Shown: piece after piece, positions 1 through 12,912 of the stretch | Layout: each line of letters opens with the position of its first letter | How positions within the stretch are numbered: position 1 is the first letter of the stretch | From: Octopus sinensis | Taxonomy: Eukaryota | NCBI RefSeq assembly: GCF_006345805.1 | Contig: NC_043009.1 | Location: 1,736,001-1,800,000, forward strand | Length of the DNA stretch: 64,000 nt | Reading direction: 5' to 3' | Position numbers and translations under genes: made by a program | The notes under the pieces: model-generated | The model's input: the letters and a program-made list of their open reading frames with translations, nothing else | Told to the model about the DNA's origin: nothing | Databases searched by the model: none

Positions 1-279
1 CCGTATTGTTGAAGATACAGACAACAATAGAATGATCTACAAGCCGATGCTAAACTCTGCAATGTCTTGAGTATTTTAAAAATATTTTGGCTTACCAAAA
101 TCCGTGTTGAATGGCAGAATTAAGAAAGTATCAGACGAATTAATGTCGTTTCTGTATTAAGTCACGGCTCTTAATGTTCGATGTTCAATTCTTGGTTTTG
201 CTTTGTGTTAGTCCACATTACTCCGTTGGGAATATAGGACCGGTTTCCCGGTTTCTCTGGCGTATATATTCTTTCATGG

Positions 280-373
<94 letters not shown>

Positions 374-448
374 TACATACAAACAGGTGTATGTAGTTAT
401 GTGTGTGTGTTTAGTTCCGAAAGGCTCTGAAACGTTGCGCCCTCGAGG

Positions 449-548
449 NNNNNNNNNNNNNNNNNNNNNNNNNNNNNNNNNNNNNNNNNNNNNNNNNNNN
501 NNNNNNNNNNNNNNNNNNNNNNNNNNNNNNNNNNNNNNNNNNNNNNNN
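449..548. other. Assembly gap (100 N)
   Basis: Run of exactly 100 N, a typical scaffolding placeholder of unknown true size. Confidence 0.99.
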
Positions 549-900
549 GTTTTGTGATCCAGAAACACCGTGTTCGCTATTAACGGTAAGTGACTGAATT
601 CGTATATTTGCCACTCCGTTTTTGTGTATGTGAGCCGCAAGGCCTTCGTTTTTTGGAATCTCCACTTATAGAAATGAAAAAACGGTCTTTGACTGCCATT
701 TCTAATTCCTTCGGTATGAGGCGAAACAGCTTGCTGCTAGCCAACTTATTTTTCTTTACTATATACTGAACCTTATAAAGGTCTTGACAATTATTTTGTC
801 GTATTTACATACCGAAATTTACCGGTAAATAATTGTTGGTTACATGAAAAACCACAGGAAAATTATTTACCATTTTTATTGTATATACATATATATATAT

Positions 901-1190
901 GAGGGTGCATGGCTTTGTGGTTAGGATGTTGCACTCGCTAGATCGTGGTTTCAATTCCTAGACCGGTCGGTGCATCGTGTTCTTGAGCAAAGCACTTCAT
1001 CTCACGTTGTTCTGCGTCACTTCGACACCTGACACGTGGTACACCGTGCACCTGTTCAGGTAACGTCGATTTGATGGGGGGAAGGGGTAGGCTACAGCAC
1101 ATACATTAAATCTCTATAGACAAATCATTTGTGCTGGTTATTCCAGCAAAAGCTGAACGCTCAGGCATTGTCTTCGATGGGAGAGTCTAT
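901..1190 (+). mobile_element. tRNA-derived SINE
   Basis: A-box-like TGGCTTTGTGG, B-box-like GGTTTCAATTCC, then GTTCTTGAGCAAAGCACTT core shared with other SINE copies in the window. Confidence 0.75.
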
Positions 1191-1196
1191 CATATA

Positions 1197-1815
1197 CAGG
1201 GTGTCCCAAAAGTCACTGATAGATTTCAGTTTTTAACAACTTCCTTAACTTTACAAATAAATACATGAAATTTTAATACAATATAAAAGGACATAATGGA
1301 AATTAAAATGCAAAAGTCAAATTATGAAACACCACTACATCACATATGAAAAATGACATCGCTTAAATGGTAGACATTTTCGGCTTCGCATGCCTTGCTC
1401 TTTCCAAAATTCGCACTATAACACCCTCAAGAGTTTTGGACCCCACTTCTCTGATTTCTCTATTGATTTATATATATATATTGAGGGTCTCCGGTTTGTT
1501 GACGTAAACCCTCTCTTTCAGGTATTCATGATTGAGGCCTTTTTGCGCCCGGCCATTCAAAGTAGACTTCACACATGGTTCCAACAAGATGGGGCAACTG
1601 CTCATACTGCAAGAGAAACAATGCAGTTGCTACGGCAGTGTTTTGGGGAGAGAATAATCACCCGCCACTACAGCAATGTCAACTGGCCTTCATGTTCCCC
1701 AGACTTGACTAGCCCGGATTTTTTCTTGTGGGGTTGCCTGAAAGAGAGGGTTTATGTCAACAAACCGGAGCCCCTGACGCAACCGAAGGGGAATATCAAT
1801 AGAGAAATCAGAGAA
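1197..1815. mobile_element. Tc1/mariner relic (DD41D/rosa-like), rearranged: 3' end and TIR on minus strand 1197-1522, catalytic segment on plus strand 1523-1815
   Basis: TA followed by CAGGGTGTCCCAAAAG TIR at 1197. Plus strand reads WFQQDGATAHTARET...NWPSCSPDLTSPDFFLWGCLKERVY (42 aa between the 2nd and 3rd D). Minus strand continues REIREVGSKTL...HLSDVIFHM* across one frameshift. Confidence 0.85.
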
Positions 1816-2359
1816 TAAATTCTAAACGATAACATTACACCAAATTTAATGGATAAAAATTTCTCTAAAGCACCTCTCCTTCACAACCCGCACAACAACC
1901 TAAGTACCCGGCCTCATATCCAAGGAAGATTACTGACATTCTGTTAAAGAATTTACATTAAAACCGAATAATTTCTTTAAAAATTTTTTTTTTTAAAGTG
2001 TATCAAGTAATTTCACAAAGACTTATATATATCTATACACACACACACACACACATACATATATATACATACATATATACATATATATCTATATATATAT
2101 ATATATATATTATATCTATGTTGTGTGTGTGTGTGTGTGTGCGTGGTGTGTGTGTGTGTGTGTATGTGTGTGTGTGTGTGTGTGAAAGAGATATGTAAAC
2201 TTATATATAAAAGCAATTTAACATTGAAGTATCATAGATTACCTTTAGTGGACTACATATTTATTAACTTTTTTACGAGGAAAAAGTTGACAATGACTTC
2301 GAAGTTTAGATTTACCAACAGTCTCAAATCATATACATATATATATACATATGCATATA

Positions 2360-2585
2360 TGGGTACAGGACGTCACCAACAGTAGACAACATGAAATACG
2401 AAGACAAATGAGTTTAATACGCAAACAACGAGAGAAGCAAATAGAAAACAGGACAAGTAACATAAAGAACGACCCTTCATCAGTTGTCGGCCTTCTGTCT
2501 ACTCCTCATTTCGAGCATTGAACGACAATATGAGTTTTCGAAGACAGTTGCTCCCATAAGTACCAAAATAAAATTTGGAATGTTA
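2360..2585 (-). mobile_element. Short interspersed repeat, probably a Penelope-type 3'UTR fragment with hammerhead-like motifs
   Basis: Minus strand has TTCGAAA...TATTGTCG...CGACAACTGATGAAG; flanked by TA-rich microsatellite. Confidence 0.4.
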
Positions 2586-3562
2586 ATATATACTTACACA
2601 CACATATATATATATATGTATATATATAAACACTTATGTAGGTAAATATGCATGTATGAATGTATGTATGTATGTGTGTGTGTATGCATGTATGTATATA
2701 TGAATGGAACCATATATATAAATATATACACGCATCTACGTATTTATAATAAGTATATATATGCGTGTTTGTATGTATACATGTAAGTACGTATGCATGC
2801 ATAGGTATGTGTGTAACCAGTTCGCTAGAAGTGCATGTGTAGATGTGTGTAAACGAGCGTGTATGAGAGGTTCACATTCTATTGTGTGTGCGTGTGTGCG
2901 TGCATGTATGTGTGTGCGTGTGTGCGTGCATGTATGTGTGTGTTTCTATATCTCGTTATGTGCGTTTGTGTTCATATAAGTATACATCTAACCGCACACC
3001 CGTATGAACGCGGCGTGGGGTGTCTATTTTTGACGGCACGATATTGACACGCCCTTACTCATAAGCACGTGTGCAAGAAGCATGCATACGCACACACACA
3101 TACGACCGCATAGAACTGCACACACACACACACACACGTTATGGACATAACTATACACTGTCACACACAGACTAATACACAGTTATGCACACAGCTAGGC
3201 AAACAACTATGCACATATCCACACACACACACACACACACACATACATGTACACATAGATATGCTCACGCACGCACACACATAAACACATACATGCTCAT
3301 AGACACATGCATACACACGTATAACGCATAGCTCATCCTCAAACAAGTGGGTGCCATGAATAGAGCGCTATCTCCTAATTTGTGTGTCTTTATTTATAGA
3401 GATCTCAATTAACGCATTTTGTTATATGGCGGTGGTGGTGTGGGAGGGGTTAGCTGTGTATATGTGAGAGAGAGAGGGGGAGGGAGAAAGGGAGACAAAC
3501 TTGAAGAGAGTGAGAAAGCAGTAGATAGAGAGGGGAGAAGGTAACTAGTTGAGGTAGACTAT

Positions 3563-3603
<41 letters not shown>

Positions 3604-4065
3604 AGCAGCAGAAGAAAGAGTGAGCACAAGTGCACCGGAGAGAGAGGGAAGGAGAGAAACGGAGAGAAAGAGAGAGGAATAAAGTGTGAATAGGGGAGAG
3701 GAGGAAGAGAAGAAAGGAGAGGTTGATAGAGAGCAAAGAAGGAGAAAGAAAGCTGAGAAAGTAAAGATTGAAGAAAAGTCATAGACATATTCATAAACTC
3801 ACAGACACACATACAGACATGCATATACATACATTATATGTGTGTGTGTATCTATGCATATTTATATACATAAATCAATATATATATACGTATATATGTA
3901 TAAATATATTCAGAAATATGTATATACACACACATACACAAAGAATATCTATCTCATCCGAAATTGCGAGGATGACTGAAGATAGAAAGCTTCGAAATGT
4001 CCCGCCCTTGTTTTTTTGTATCGTCTATCTAGATGTTTTACATTCTTGTCCCATTTTGTATTTTA

Positions 4066-4101
<36 letters not shown>

Positions 4102-4155
4102 TGTATGTATGTATGTATGTATGTATGTATGTATATATATATATATATATATATA

Positions 4156-5293
4156 CTAGCTGACGTACCCGCTAATTCCTGGCAAAGCGGTTCCTGGGAA
4201 CCTTATCCCTTGGTTCCGTTATCATAATTGTTTCGCTAATCCAATAACAACAGTACAAAGTATGTAACCCTTAAAACGGTTTTTGTGCATTTACAGAGAA
4301 TATCGAACTGTTTCATACAGGATCATGTTTTTAGGAACTCCCAATATGTTATGAATACCAAAATTGTGAAGTCAGTTATGTAATAACATGAAATTAGTTA
4401 CCCAATAGTAAGAATTCAAATAAAGTAGCCCCCGAAAATGGTTTTAATGCGTTCCCAGAGTATATAGAACATAGGAGGAAATACTAATAAGGTATGTATG
4501 TTAAAATCGTGAAGCATGTTACGTAATGAGAAGGCTAATCAGATATGAGATAATAACAATTCAAAGTAAATAACTCTGAAAAGGGCTTTTGTGCATTCCC
4601 AGAGAATATTACCCTCAGGGGCGCTAGTGTTGGTATATTCGTAAATAAGTCACTAACCGAAATAAGTGGATCTATTTTTAAGGAAAATACTATTTACTTG
4701 TTTAAGGGTGGTACTGGATAGATTGCGAAAATAACTCTAACAGTTCAAATACTAAGAAATAAGCATACTCAATTTCATTTTTACCAAATAATATTGGAAA
4801 ATGAATGGGTTATTTTCCTTGGTTATATATAAGGATCCCTTCCAGGGGCGAATGTGTTATTTCCATTGGTTTTTAAAATAAAATATATTAGATATAAATC
4901 CTTAAATCCTTAAAAATGTTTTAGCCCGAAGGCCGCGGCCATGCTGGGGCACCACCGCTGAATGAGCTACACTAGTTTGTGAATCCACCTCTGATACGTG
5001 GCACTTGATCAACAAGGGAGTTCGATGCTGCTGCCCGCATCCGCGTCTCCTGTCGTGAGGTAGGTTCATCTGGGACTCCCAACAAGAAGAGATCCAGTTT
5101 AGTTTTAAAGAAACCCACATCCACACCATGTAAGTCTCTCAGGCATTTAGGGAGGATGTTAAAGGATCCATTCCAGAAGTCCTATTATCGATTTTTTTTC
5201 AACAATTTGAGGTTTCTAGACATGAGTTCTACTCGCGTGTGAAGTTTCATCAAAATCAATAAAACGATGTGTAGGAGAATTTCCAGTATGTTA

Positions 5294-5300
<7 letters not shown>
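4156..5300 (-). mobile_element. Non-autonomous Helitron-like element with diverged internal ~150-170 bp repeats
   Basis: CTAG terminus at 4156-4159 with an adjacent hairpin (CCGCT...AGCGG); GTGAAGTTTCATCAAAATC motif near the other end, shared with Helitron copies at 28543 and 32188. Confidence 0.55.
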
Positions 5301-5355
<55 letters not shown>

Positions 5356-5358
<3 letters not shown>

Positions 5359-5965
5359 CAAATAAATTATCTTTATTGATGAAAAGAACGAAACTGCAGT
5401 CTAAGAGGAACCGAGTTAGTAAATGTTTTTATCTTCATTTCACTAAATTTATCTAGCTTCTGTGTTTCTAGCACATATTACGCCTTAATGTACTGATATA
5501 TGAAAAATATATGGCTTGTGCTAGAAATACCAGCGATAATAATAATTTTTATTTTATCGCAATTTGACTTGTTTACATATTTCTCGATAAATTTTGAGCG
5601 TTAGACGATATACCAGAAATCCCTAGTTTTGTCGGGACGTTCTGAGTCTGCGCAGTGATCTGATTAGTTAGAGAGAGTAAATCATTAGAAGCACATGCTT
5701 CTAGTGAGTTAGGATCTCAGAACAACAGGGCTCTTACCGATGAATTCTCCCTGAGCAAATAAATTATCTTTATTGCTGAAAAGAACGAAACTGCAGTCTA
5801 AGAGGAACCGAGTTAGTAAAGTTTTATCTTCATTTCACTAAATTTATCTAGCTTCTGTGTTTCTAGCACATATTACGCCTTAATGTACTGATATATGAAA
5901 AATATATGGCTTGTGCTAGAAATACCAGCGATAATAATTATTTTTATTTTATCGCTATTTGACTT

Positions 5966-5970
<5 letters not shown>
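5356..5970 (+). mobile_element. Retrozyme-like partial tandem (397-nt period) flanked by (TA)n
   Basis: Direct repeats 5356-5575 and 5753-5970, offset 397; a hammerhead fold spans the junction. Confidence 0.75.
5731..5804 (+). ncRNA. Type I hammerhead ribozyme (variant core CCGAUGA, long stem II)
   Basis: Stem I CUCUUA/UAAGAG; core CCGAUGA; stem II UUCU/AGAA plus AGCAAAUAAA/UUUAUUGCU hairpin; GAAAC-UGCA-GUC with palindromic loop; predicted cleavage after 5798. Confidence 0.7.
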
Positions 5971-6024
<54 letters not shown>

Positions 6025-6061
6025 CTATATATATATATATATATATATAGAACATATACAT

Positions 6062-6094
<33 letters not shown>

Positions 6095-6134
6095 AATGGA
6101 CACACCACACACACACACACACACCACACACCAC

Positions 6135-6165
<31 letters not shown>

Positions 6166-6899
6166 CTAACAAGAATGGATAGATAAAAATCCATTTCAGT
6201 TTACTTCTCTTTAAGGCTACAGCTCCCGGTGACATCAATGATTTGAATGGTCACAATTCCTTTTGGCTTTGCATTCCTTCTGAGTCAACAATGCTGGCGC
6301 GGAGGCCCCCTTTACAACTGTTGGTCTCATCGAAAATTCGCGTCCCTCATTAACTCACAGAGAATCCAAGCACTATAGCTCCTAATTCCATCATTACCAA
6401 ATCTTAGAGTCCCAGTGTGTATCAGATCATTCGATCACAATCTAATGGCTACCCTGCAGTCTATTTCATCTCAAATCCGGACAATCCTAGTTTTACACCA
6501 TCTACATCTAGCCATAAATACTCGCCATTCTTAACCTGCCCAGATAGATAAGCACTCGCAGTTAAGCGTGTCGACTTTGTCATTGATCAATTAGAAATCG
6601 ATTAACTATTTGCTTTTGCAAAGCGTTTTTGTAAGTTTATCTTTATGCATCCATTCTTGTTTCCAGACTTTTGGTTGGCCCTTCTTTCATATGTTCCGAG
6701 TAAAATAAAGATTTCCTTTCAAAAGTTCTAATTTACACAACTGATTGAAAAACGAAATGGGATTGTGTGTCATATATCGTCTTATATGATACACATCCCA
6801 TTTCGTTTTTCAATCCAAAGAAATCTATGTCCTATGTTTTATATGTGATACCCAGGACAGACAGAGGGTTAAGTAAGCGCCAGGTGAGAGAATAAGTTG

Positions 6900-7312
6900 G
6901 GATCTTTTCGGTTTGAACGGCAGTTTTTTTCCAGCGGTTCATATAAAATTGTCACCCATAATTATGACCCTAGTATCGATCTATTGCATTTCAATCTGTT
7001 TTAGGGTAAGGGGTGGGGGGAAGGGTATCTTTTTTCTTCAGAAATGTAAATAAACCCAATCTGTTTCTTAAACGAGGGAAATATTCATACGGAGCAGAAT
7101 GTTTTTTCACCTCAATAGACGTCAGTGATTGGTTGAAATTGCAGAAATTGAAGAAAAAAAAACAACAAATATCTTACAAACTATAGAATTTTCTCAATAA
7201 AGCCAAGAGAAAAAGATGTTTTATAAACACATTGTACCAGTATACGAAGTTTAAAAGTGTTTAGTTACGTGGAAATTATTTTAAAAATCTGCCGTTCAAA
7301 CCGAAAAGATCC
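6900..7312. mobile_element. MITE, 24-bp TIR, 8-bp TSD (Merlin- or hAT-like)
   Basis: TIR GGATCTTTTCGGTTTGAACGGCAG at both ends; TSD ATAAGTTG at 6892-6899 and 7313-7320. Confidence 0.9.
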
Positions 7313-8478
7313 ATAAGTTGATATAATAGTACACATCTAATCATGACCCATTACAAATCCGTACCACCTGAGTCAATGTTAAGAAACCTTGGTGGAGGCT
7401 AAACAACTTGAAGAAACGAAAAAGGTTTATATATATGAGAGAGAGAGAGAGAGAGATAGAGAGAGGGAGAGTGGGCGAGAGAGGGAGAGAGGTGGGGGTG
7501 GGGGGAAACGAAAACACACGGAAGATAGCTCAGTGTTCATTACCGAGGGTACCATGCACAGGGTACTTCCGTGGAAGGCCATTGACCCTATATTGTCAGA
7601 AGGATTTTTAACATTTTTCTTTTAGGAAACTATTAACAACACTGTATCAAACTGATTCTCCTACCCTATACCATGTGTGTGTGTGTGTGTATGCGTGTGT
7701 GTGTCTGTGTGTGCGTGCGTGTATGTGTGTGTGTATATATATATATGTACCTATACATTTGTATACATGCATAATTATGTATTTATGTATTTATGCATAT
7801 AATTACGTTTGTATTATATAATAAACACGTATACGATGTATAAGTGTGCATGTGAGTGCTACACAGTCATATATATATATATGTATATACATATATATGT
7901 ATATGTATACACACATATATATGTATATGTATATGTATATATGTATATATATATACGTACATTCACATACGGACATTGGTAGAGTGTGCGCATAAGGGAA
8001 TTAGCGGAAGAGAGACAAAAAGACAGGCGATGATGGAAACGATGGCAAGGGAAAGAAAGGAAGAAAGTGAAAGAGAGAGGGAGAGAGAGAGAGAGAGAGA
8101 GGGAGAGAGAAACAAAGAGAAGGTAAGGGAGAAAGAGAGAAAGAAAGAAACAGGAAGAGAGAGGGAGAGGGTGAGAGAGAAAGAAAGAAAGAAAGAAAAA
8201 CAGAGGGAGGGTGAGAAAGAAAGTAAGAAAGAGAAGGAGAGAGAAAGGAAGAGAGAAAAAGAGAGAGAGAGGGAATGTCGGGGTGGACGGAAGATGGACT
8301 GGAAGTTTGCCAGTCTCGTTGGAGATGATAGAATCTTGAAAATTCTTTCGCACGATTTGCGAAAACAAAAACAAAAACTACTTCAATAAACAAAAAAGAA
8401 ATAACAAATAAATAACAGCAAAAACAAATATGTAACATTAAAACTATAATAAAACAACAGAAAAAAAAAAGAAATTTC

Positions 8479-8537
8479 GTTGCTAAGGAACCAACGAGGA
8501 TAGCAGCTTCTCTGTTTTGTATCTGTTACTAAGCAAC
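8479..8537. promoter_or_regulatory. Pair of RFX X-box-like motifs
   Basis: GTTGCTAAGGAAC (8479-8491) and GTTACTAAGCAAC (8525-8537) in non-repeat DNA. Confidence 0.35.
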
Positions 8538-8992
8538 GCAATTTAGTATAGATTCTGTTTCAAACCGTTTCCTTATTTATAAATCATCATCACCGCCACC
8601 ATCAACCGCATCATCATCACCATCATCGTCTTGATCATCATCATCATCACCATCATCATCACTAACATTATCATTATCAAGCGTAAACCCTTGGGGTTAT
8701 TAAATCATCATCATCATCACCATTATTATTATCATCATTATCAACTCATCCTCTCCCCCGAAATGGCTGCCCTTGTGGCAAAATTTGAAACTATTATTAT
8801 TATTATTATTATTACTATTTGTTTATTTATTTATCCGCATTGCGGAGGAGCTGGTGCGTCGATGGAAGCAACAACCTCAATAACAACAAGAACAACAATT
8901 AAAATAAGAGTAGCAACAACAACAACAATAACAACAACAACTGCAGCAGCAGCACTACCGCCGTCACCACCACCACCACCACCACCACCACC

Positions 8993-9024
<32 letters not shown>

Positions 9025-9288
9025 CACTACCACCACCACCACCACTAGCAACAATAACAACAACAGCATCATCATCATCATCATCAACAACAACAAGAAC
9101 ACCACCTCCACCACCACCACACCTACCACCATCACAACCACCAAGAACAGCAACAACCACAAGTACTTTGAATCACTTGTAACAAGAAGCAATGACTTTA
9201 TTTTTATACGGCCAGGAAGAAACCTTACATGTGTCTATGCCTGAAAGGCGAAACTTACAGGAGTCATCGTATCACTTCACTAACACAC

Positions 9289-9358
<70 letters not shown>

Positions 9359-11044
9359 TAAACATACATAACGAGCTTTCACACATAGGTCGGTCCAGGA
9401 CAATAGTGGAAAACAATTACTTCAGGATCTGCACTGCAGGGTTGAACCTGGAACCACACGGTAGCAAAGCGAACTTCTTATCCGCAGGGCAAAGCATGTA
9501 CCTTATCTACGGCGTTTTGCTTTTCCTTCATTAATCTGCAGTTTCTTTTCAGACCATATAAAGTAGATTCAAATTCAGTTTCTTAGTTCCCTATTGGCAA
9601 AAAGTACTTGGTCTTAATTTTCACTTCTTTTATCCTTCCATAGTTTGAATGCTTTATTCACTACACAATGCTTTCTTCTCAGACGATAAAGAATGGATAT
9701 TTTGATTTAATTTTGTTTTGTAAATTAACGAAATAAACTGAATTCTTGTTAACATTATTCGTCTCTTCTTTTCTGGAAAATTATTACTGATACAGCATTA
9801 TTATTGTTCAAAATGATATATTAATTAAATAACCATCTGTATGTATACGCACGATTACACACACATATAAGTATATATATATATATACTTATATGTGTGT
9901 GTATATATATGCATATATATATATATATATATATATGCATATATATGCATATATATATACATATATGCTTATATATACATGTATATATATATGCATATAT
10001 ATATATATGCATATGCATACACACACATACATACATACTTACATACATGCGTACATACATACATACACACATATGTATATATATATATATATGCATTATA
10101 TATATATATATATGCATATTTGCAAATATATGCAATGCATACATATATCCATACATACGCACACACACACACTCACATACACACACACACAGTTCTACAT
10201 CGTCAGTGAACTACAGACCGTATAATAGCTACAAAATATACAAACTTCTCAATTTCCCAATGTATAAAATATATTCAAAATAGTATCTTCATAATATCGA
10301 TAATGAACACAAACGAAATTTGAAAATCATTCATTTCTATATATATTTAATAAACACAAACATTTAAGCTAAACAACGAGAACTACGAGTATTTCAGCGA
10401 CAACAGGCATTTTATGGTGAATGAATGCAAATGAAACGATTATTAATTTTCAAAATAAATATATTTATTAAATTGGAATAATATTAAAGTAAATTTTTCG
10501 CTTGTATATTTGTAATGAATGTTTATCATTAGAGACGAGGATACTGTTTAACGTTTAATTACAGACTTAACATGGTTTGTGATTACACATTGTTACAAAA
10601 ATATGTTCCCAATATAAGCTGTATAGAATATGCAGCAAGCAAGGACAATGATTGCAACGAATTCTGAGTAATCTCTCTTTAGTGGACGGACAAACGGAGA
10701 TGAAGAGACACACTGCCAGTTCTATATTTCTGAGACAAGGAATTAATATTATTTATGGTTACATTAGGCGGAGTGGTATCCTCATTCAAGATGAAGAGGT
10801 ACTATTTAAGAAGAGTGGTCCAGGTGCGTGCACTCGCGTACTCGCCCATCAGCGCTAGCTAGTCGTGACTAGTCGATCCTACAACGACTACTTAGCGCGA
10901 GTGCGCGTATACAAATTAATAGATGTTTTTTTTAAACAAATAGGGTTTTTTTTAAACAAAATTATTTTTTTACTCAAAGTAAATATTTTTAAAACAAAGT
11001 AAATAAAATACAAAAACACAAAGTAAATAATTTAAAAACAAAGT

Positions 11045-11497
11045 GGATCTTTTCGGTTTGAACGGCAGTTCTTTAAAATAATTTCCACGTAACTAAACAC
11101 TTTTAAAATTCGTATACTGGTAGAATGTGTTTATAAAACATCTTTTTCTCTTGGCTTTATTGAGAAAATTCTATAGTTTGTAGGATATTTGTTGTCTTTT
11201 TTCTTCAATTTCTGCAATTTCAACCAATCAGTGACGTCCATTGAGGTAAAAAAAAGCATTCTGTGCCGTATGAATATGTCCCTCGTTTAAGAAACAGATC
11301 AGGTTTATTTACATTTGTGAAGAAAAAAAGATACCCTTCCCTCCACCCCTAACCCTAACCCTAACCAACCCTAACTAACCCTAACTCTAACCCTAAAATA
11401 GATTGAAATGCAATAGATCGATACTAGGGTCATAATTATGGGTGACAATTTCATATGACACTGCTCGAAAAAACTGCCGTTCAAACCGAAAAGATCC
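11045..11497. mobile_element. Second copy of the 24-bp TIR MITE (opposite orientation) with expanded (CCCTAA)n
   Basis: Same TIRs; internal sequence is the reverse complement of 6900-7312; telomeric hexamers at about 11347-11397. Confidence 0.9.
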
Positions 11498-11574
11498 TAA
11501 AATGTTTTAAAAGAAATTTAAAGTAGCGGTGTTATAACTGTAAACCTACTTTTGGGCCACTCTGTATACATGCA

Positions 11575-11712
11575 GGCGGAGGCGTGACTCTGTGGTAAGA
11601 AGCTTACTTCCCAACCACATGCTTCGGGGTTCAATCCCCCTGCGTGGCACATTGGGCGAATGCCTTCTGTTATAGTCTCGGGCCGACCAAAGTCTTGTTT
11701 CATGAGTCCAAG
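11575..11712 (+). mobile_element. CORE-like tRNA SINE, 5' part
   Basis: GTGGTAAGAAGCTT...GGTTCAATCCC...GCGTGGCACATTGGGC head and core. Confidence 0.75.
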
Positions 11713-12104
11713 AGCTCGAATAAAAAACAAAACAAAACAAAACCTGTAAGAGCCGTACGATATTTAATTAAGGACCTTATTCTAATTACTCAGTGGGTGG
11801 GATTGTAAAATACAGCAGCCCTTAGTTATTGAGGCTAATTAAATCGACTATATTCCATGATCCAAAGTAAGATATCAGCATTCAAGGGTCTTTGATGTTT
11901 GTATAAAAGAGGCGTATTCCACGATGCGTATTTCTGGTGCTTTTGTGTAATTTATCATTTCATAAAGCCCCATGGGCATCAGATGAAAGAGCTCTTACTT
12001 AATAAGATCTTTTGATCAGATCTGAATTTAGTCCCCTCCGCCACCCAACGCCACTTAAATGCTTAATGATACTTCCTTAGCTATCGTTTACATATAATAT
12101 ATAT

Positions 12105-12470
12105 CTTTTAGTTTTTTCAGTCTTTGGAATGCGGCCATGCCGGAGCACAACATTGAAGGGTTAAGTCGAATAAATCGACATTAGTACTTATTGTTAAGCC
12201 AGGTACGCATTCTGTCGATCTCTTTGTGTCACCATTAAGTTACGGAGACGTAAACAAATCAACGCCGGTTGACAAATACAAGCACACGCACATATAAAAC
12301 GTGCTTCTTTCAGTTTCTGTTACCCAAATTCACTCACAAGGCTCTGGCTAGCCCGGAACCACAGAAAAAAAAACTTGTCCAAAGTGCAGCGTACTAGGAC
12401 TGCATCCAAGGCGACATGGATGTGAAGCAAGGCGTAGCTGTGTGTCTCTCACCACACTGCCACATCTGCG
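12105..12470 (-). mobile_element. CORE-like tRNA SINE, diverged
   Basis: Reverse complement of the family 3' part (GCGGCCATGC...GTCGAATAAATCGAC) and of its head. Confidence 0.6.
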
Positions 12471-12912
12471 CCTGTTATATAATAAATTATATGCCACAGA
12501 AACTCTCAAAACCAGACATCCATATCTAAGCATTATCGAAGCCTAAGGATATAATCTTTGAAGAAAAACAGCCAATATCAGCGTAAGTAATTTTCACTAA
12601 CACTTCCCACTTCACTAGAATGGGAGACAACTCAGAATAACGAGACTAAGACATAAAATCCACAAGGAAGCGTAACAAATATGTACACTCCTCATCAGCA
12701 GCCAAACGGATATCACTACGGTTTCGACACTTGAGCAGTACCAATCAATCCTGTTGTGTCAGCAGCTTTAGAAACATGAGTGCGGCCTGGGAATCAACAG
12801 TAAGCAGCAAGAGTAAAACAGCATAGTATATCCATTACACCAATAACTACTAATTACTACAAGGAATGGCGTTAAAGTAAACAATAAGCATTAACTTACA
12901 GTTACAAAATGC

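Noticed and set aside
3965-4005. CTGAAGA...CGAAATGTC motif
   Set aside because: No convincing stem I or II.
7515-7610. Protein-like peptide DSSVFITEGTMHRVLPWKAIDPILSEG
   Set aside because: No usable splice donor or acceptor, and no recognisable family.
8631-9182. 183-aa His/Thr/Pro-rich ORF
   Set aside because: Concatenated trinucleotide microsatellites, with no splice or domain evidence.
10560-10720. Minus-strand Cys-rich peptide CPSTKERLLRIRCNHC resembling a piggyBac C-terminal domain
   Set aside because: Short match only; no TTAA, TIR or catalytic domain found.
12680-12735. GAAACCGTA...CTGATGA on the minus strand in type II order
   Set aside because: Stem I and stem II do not pair.
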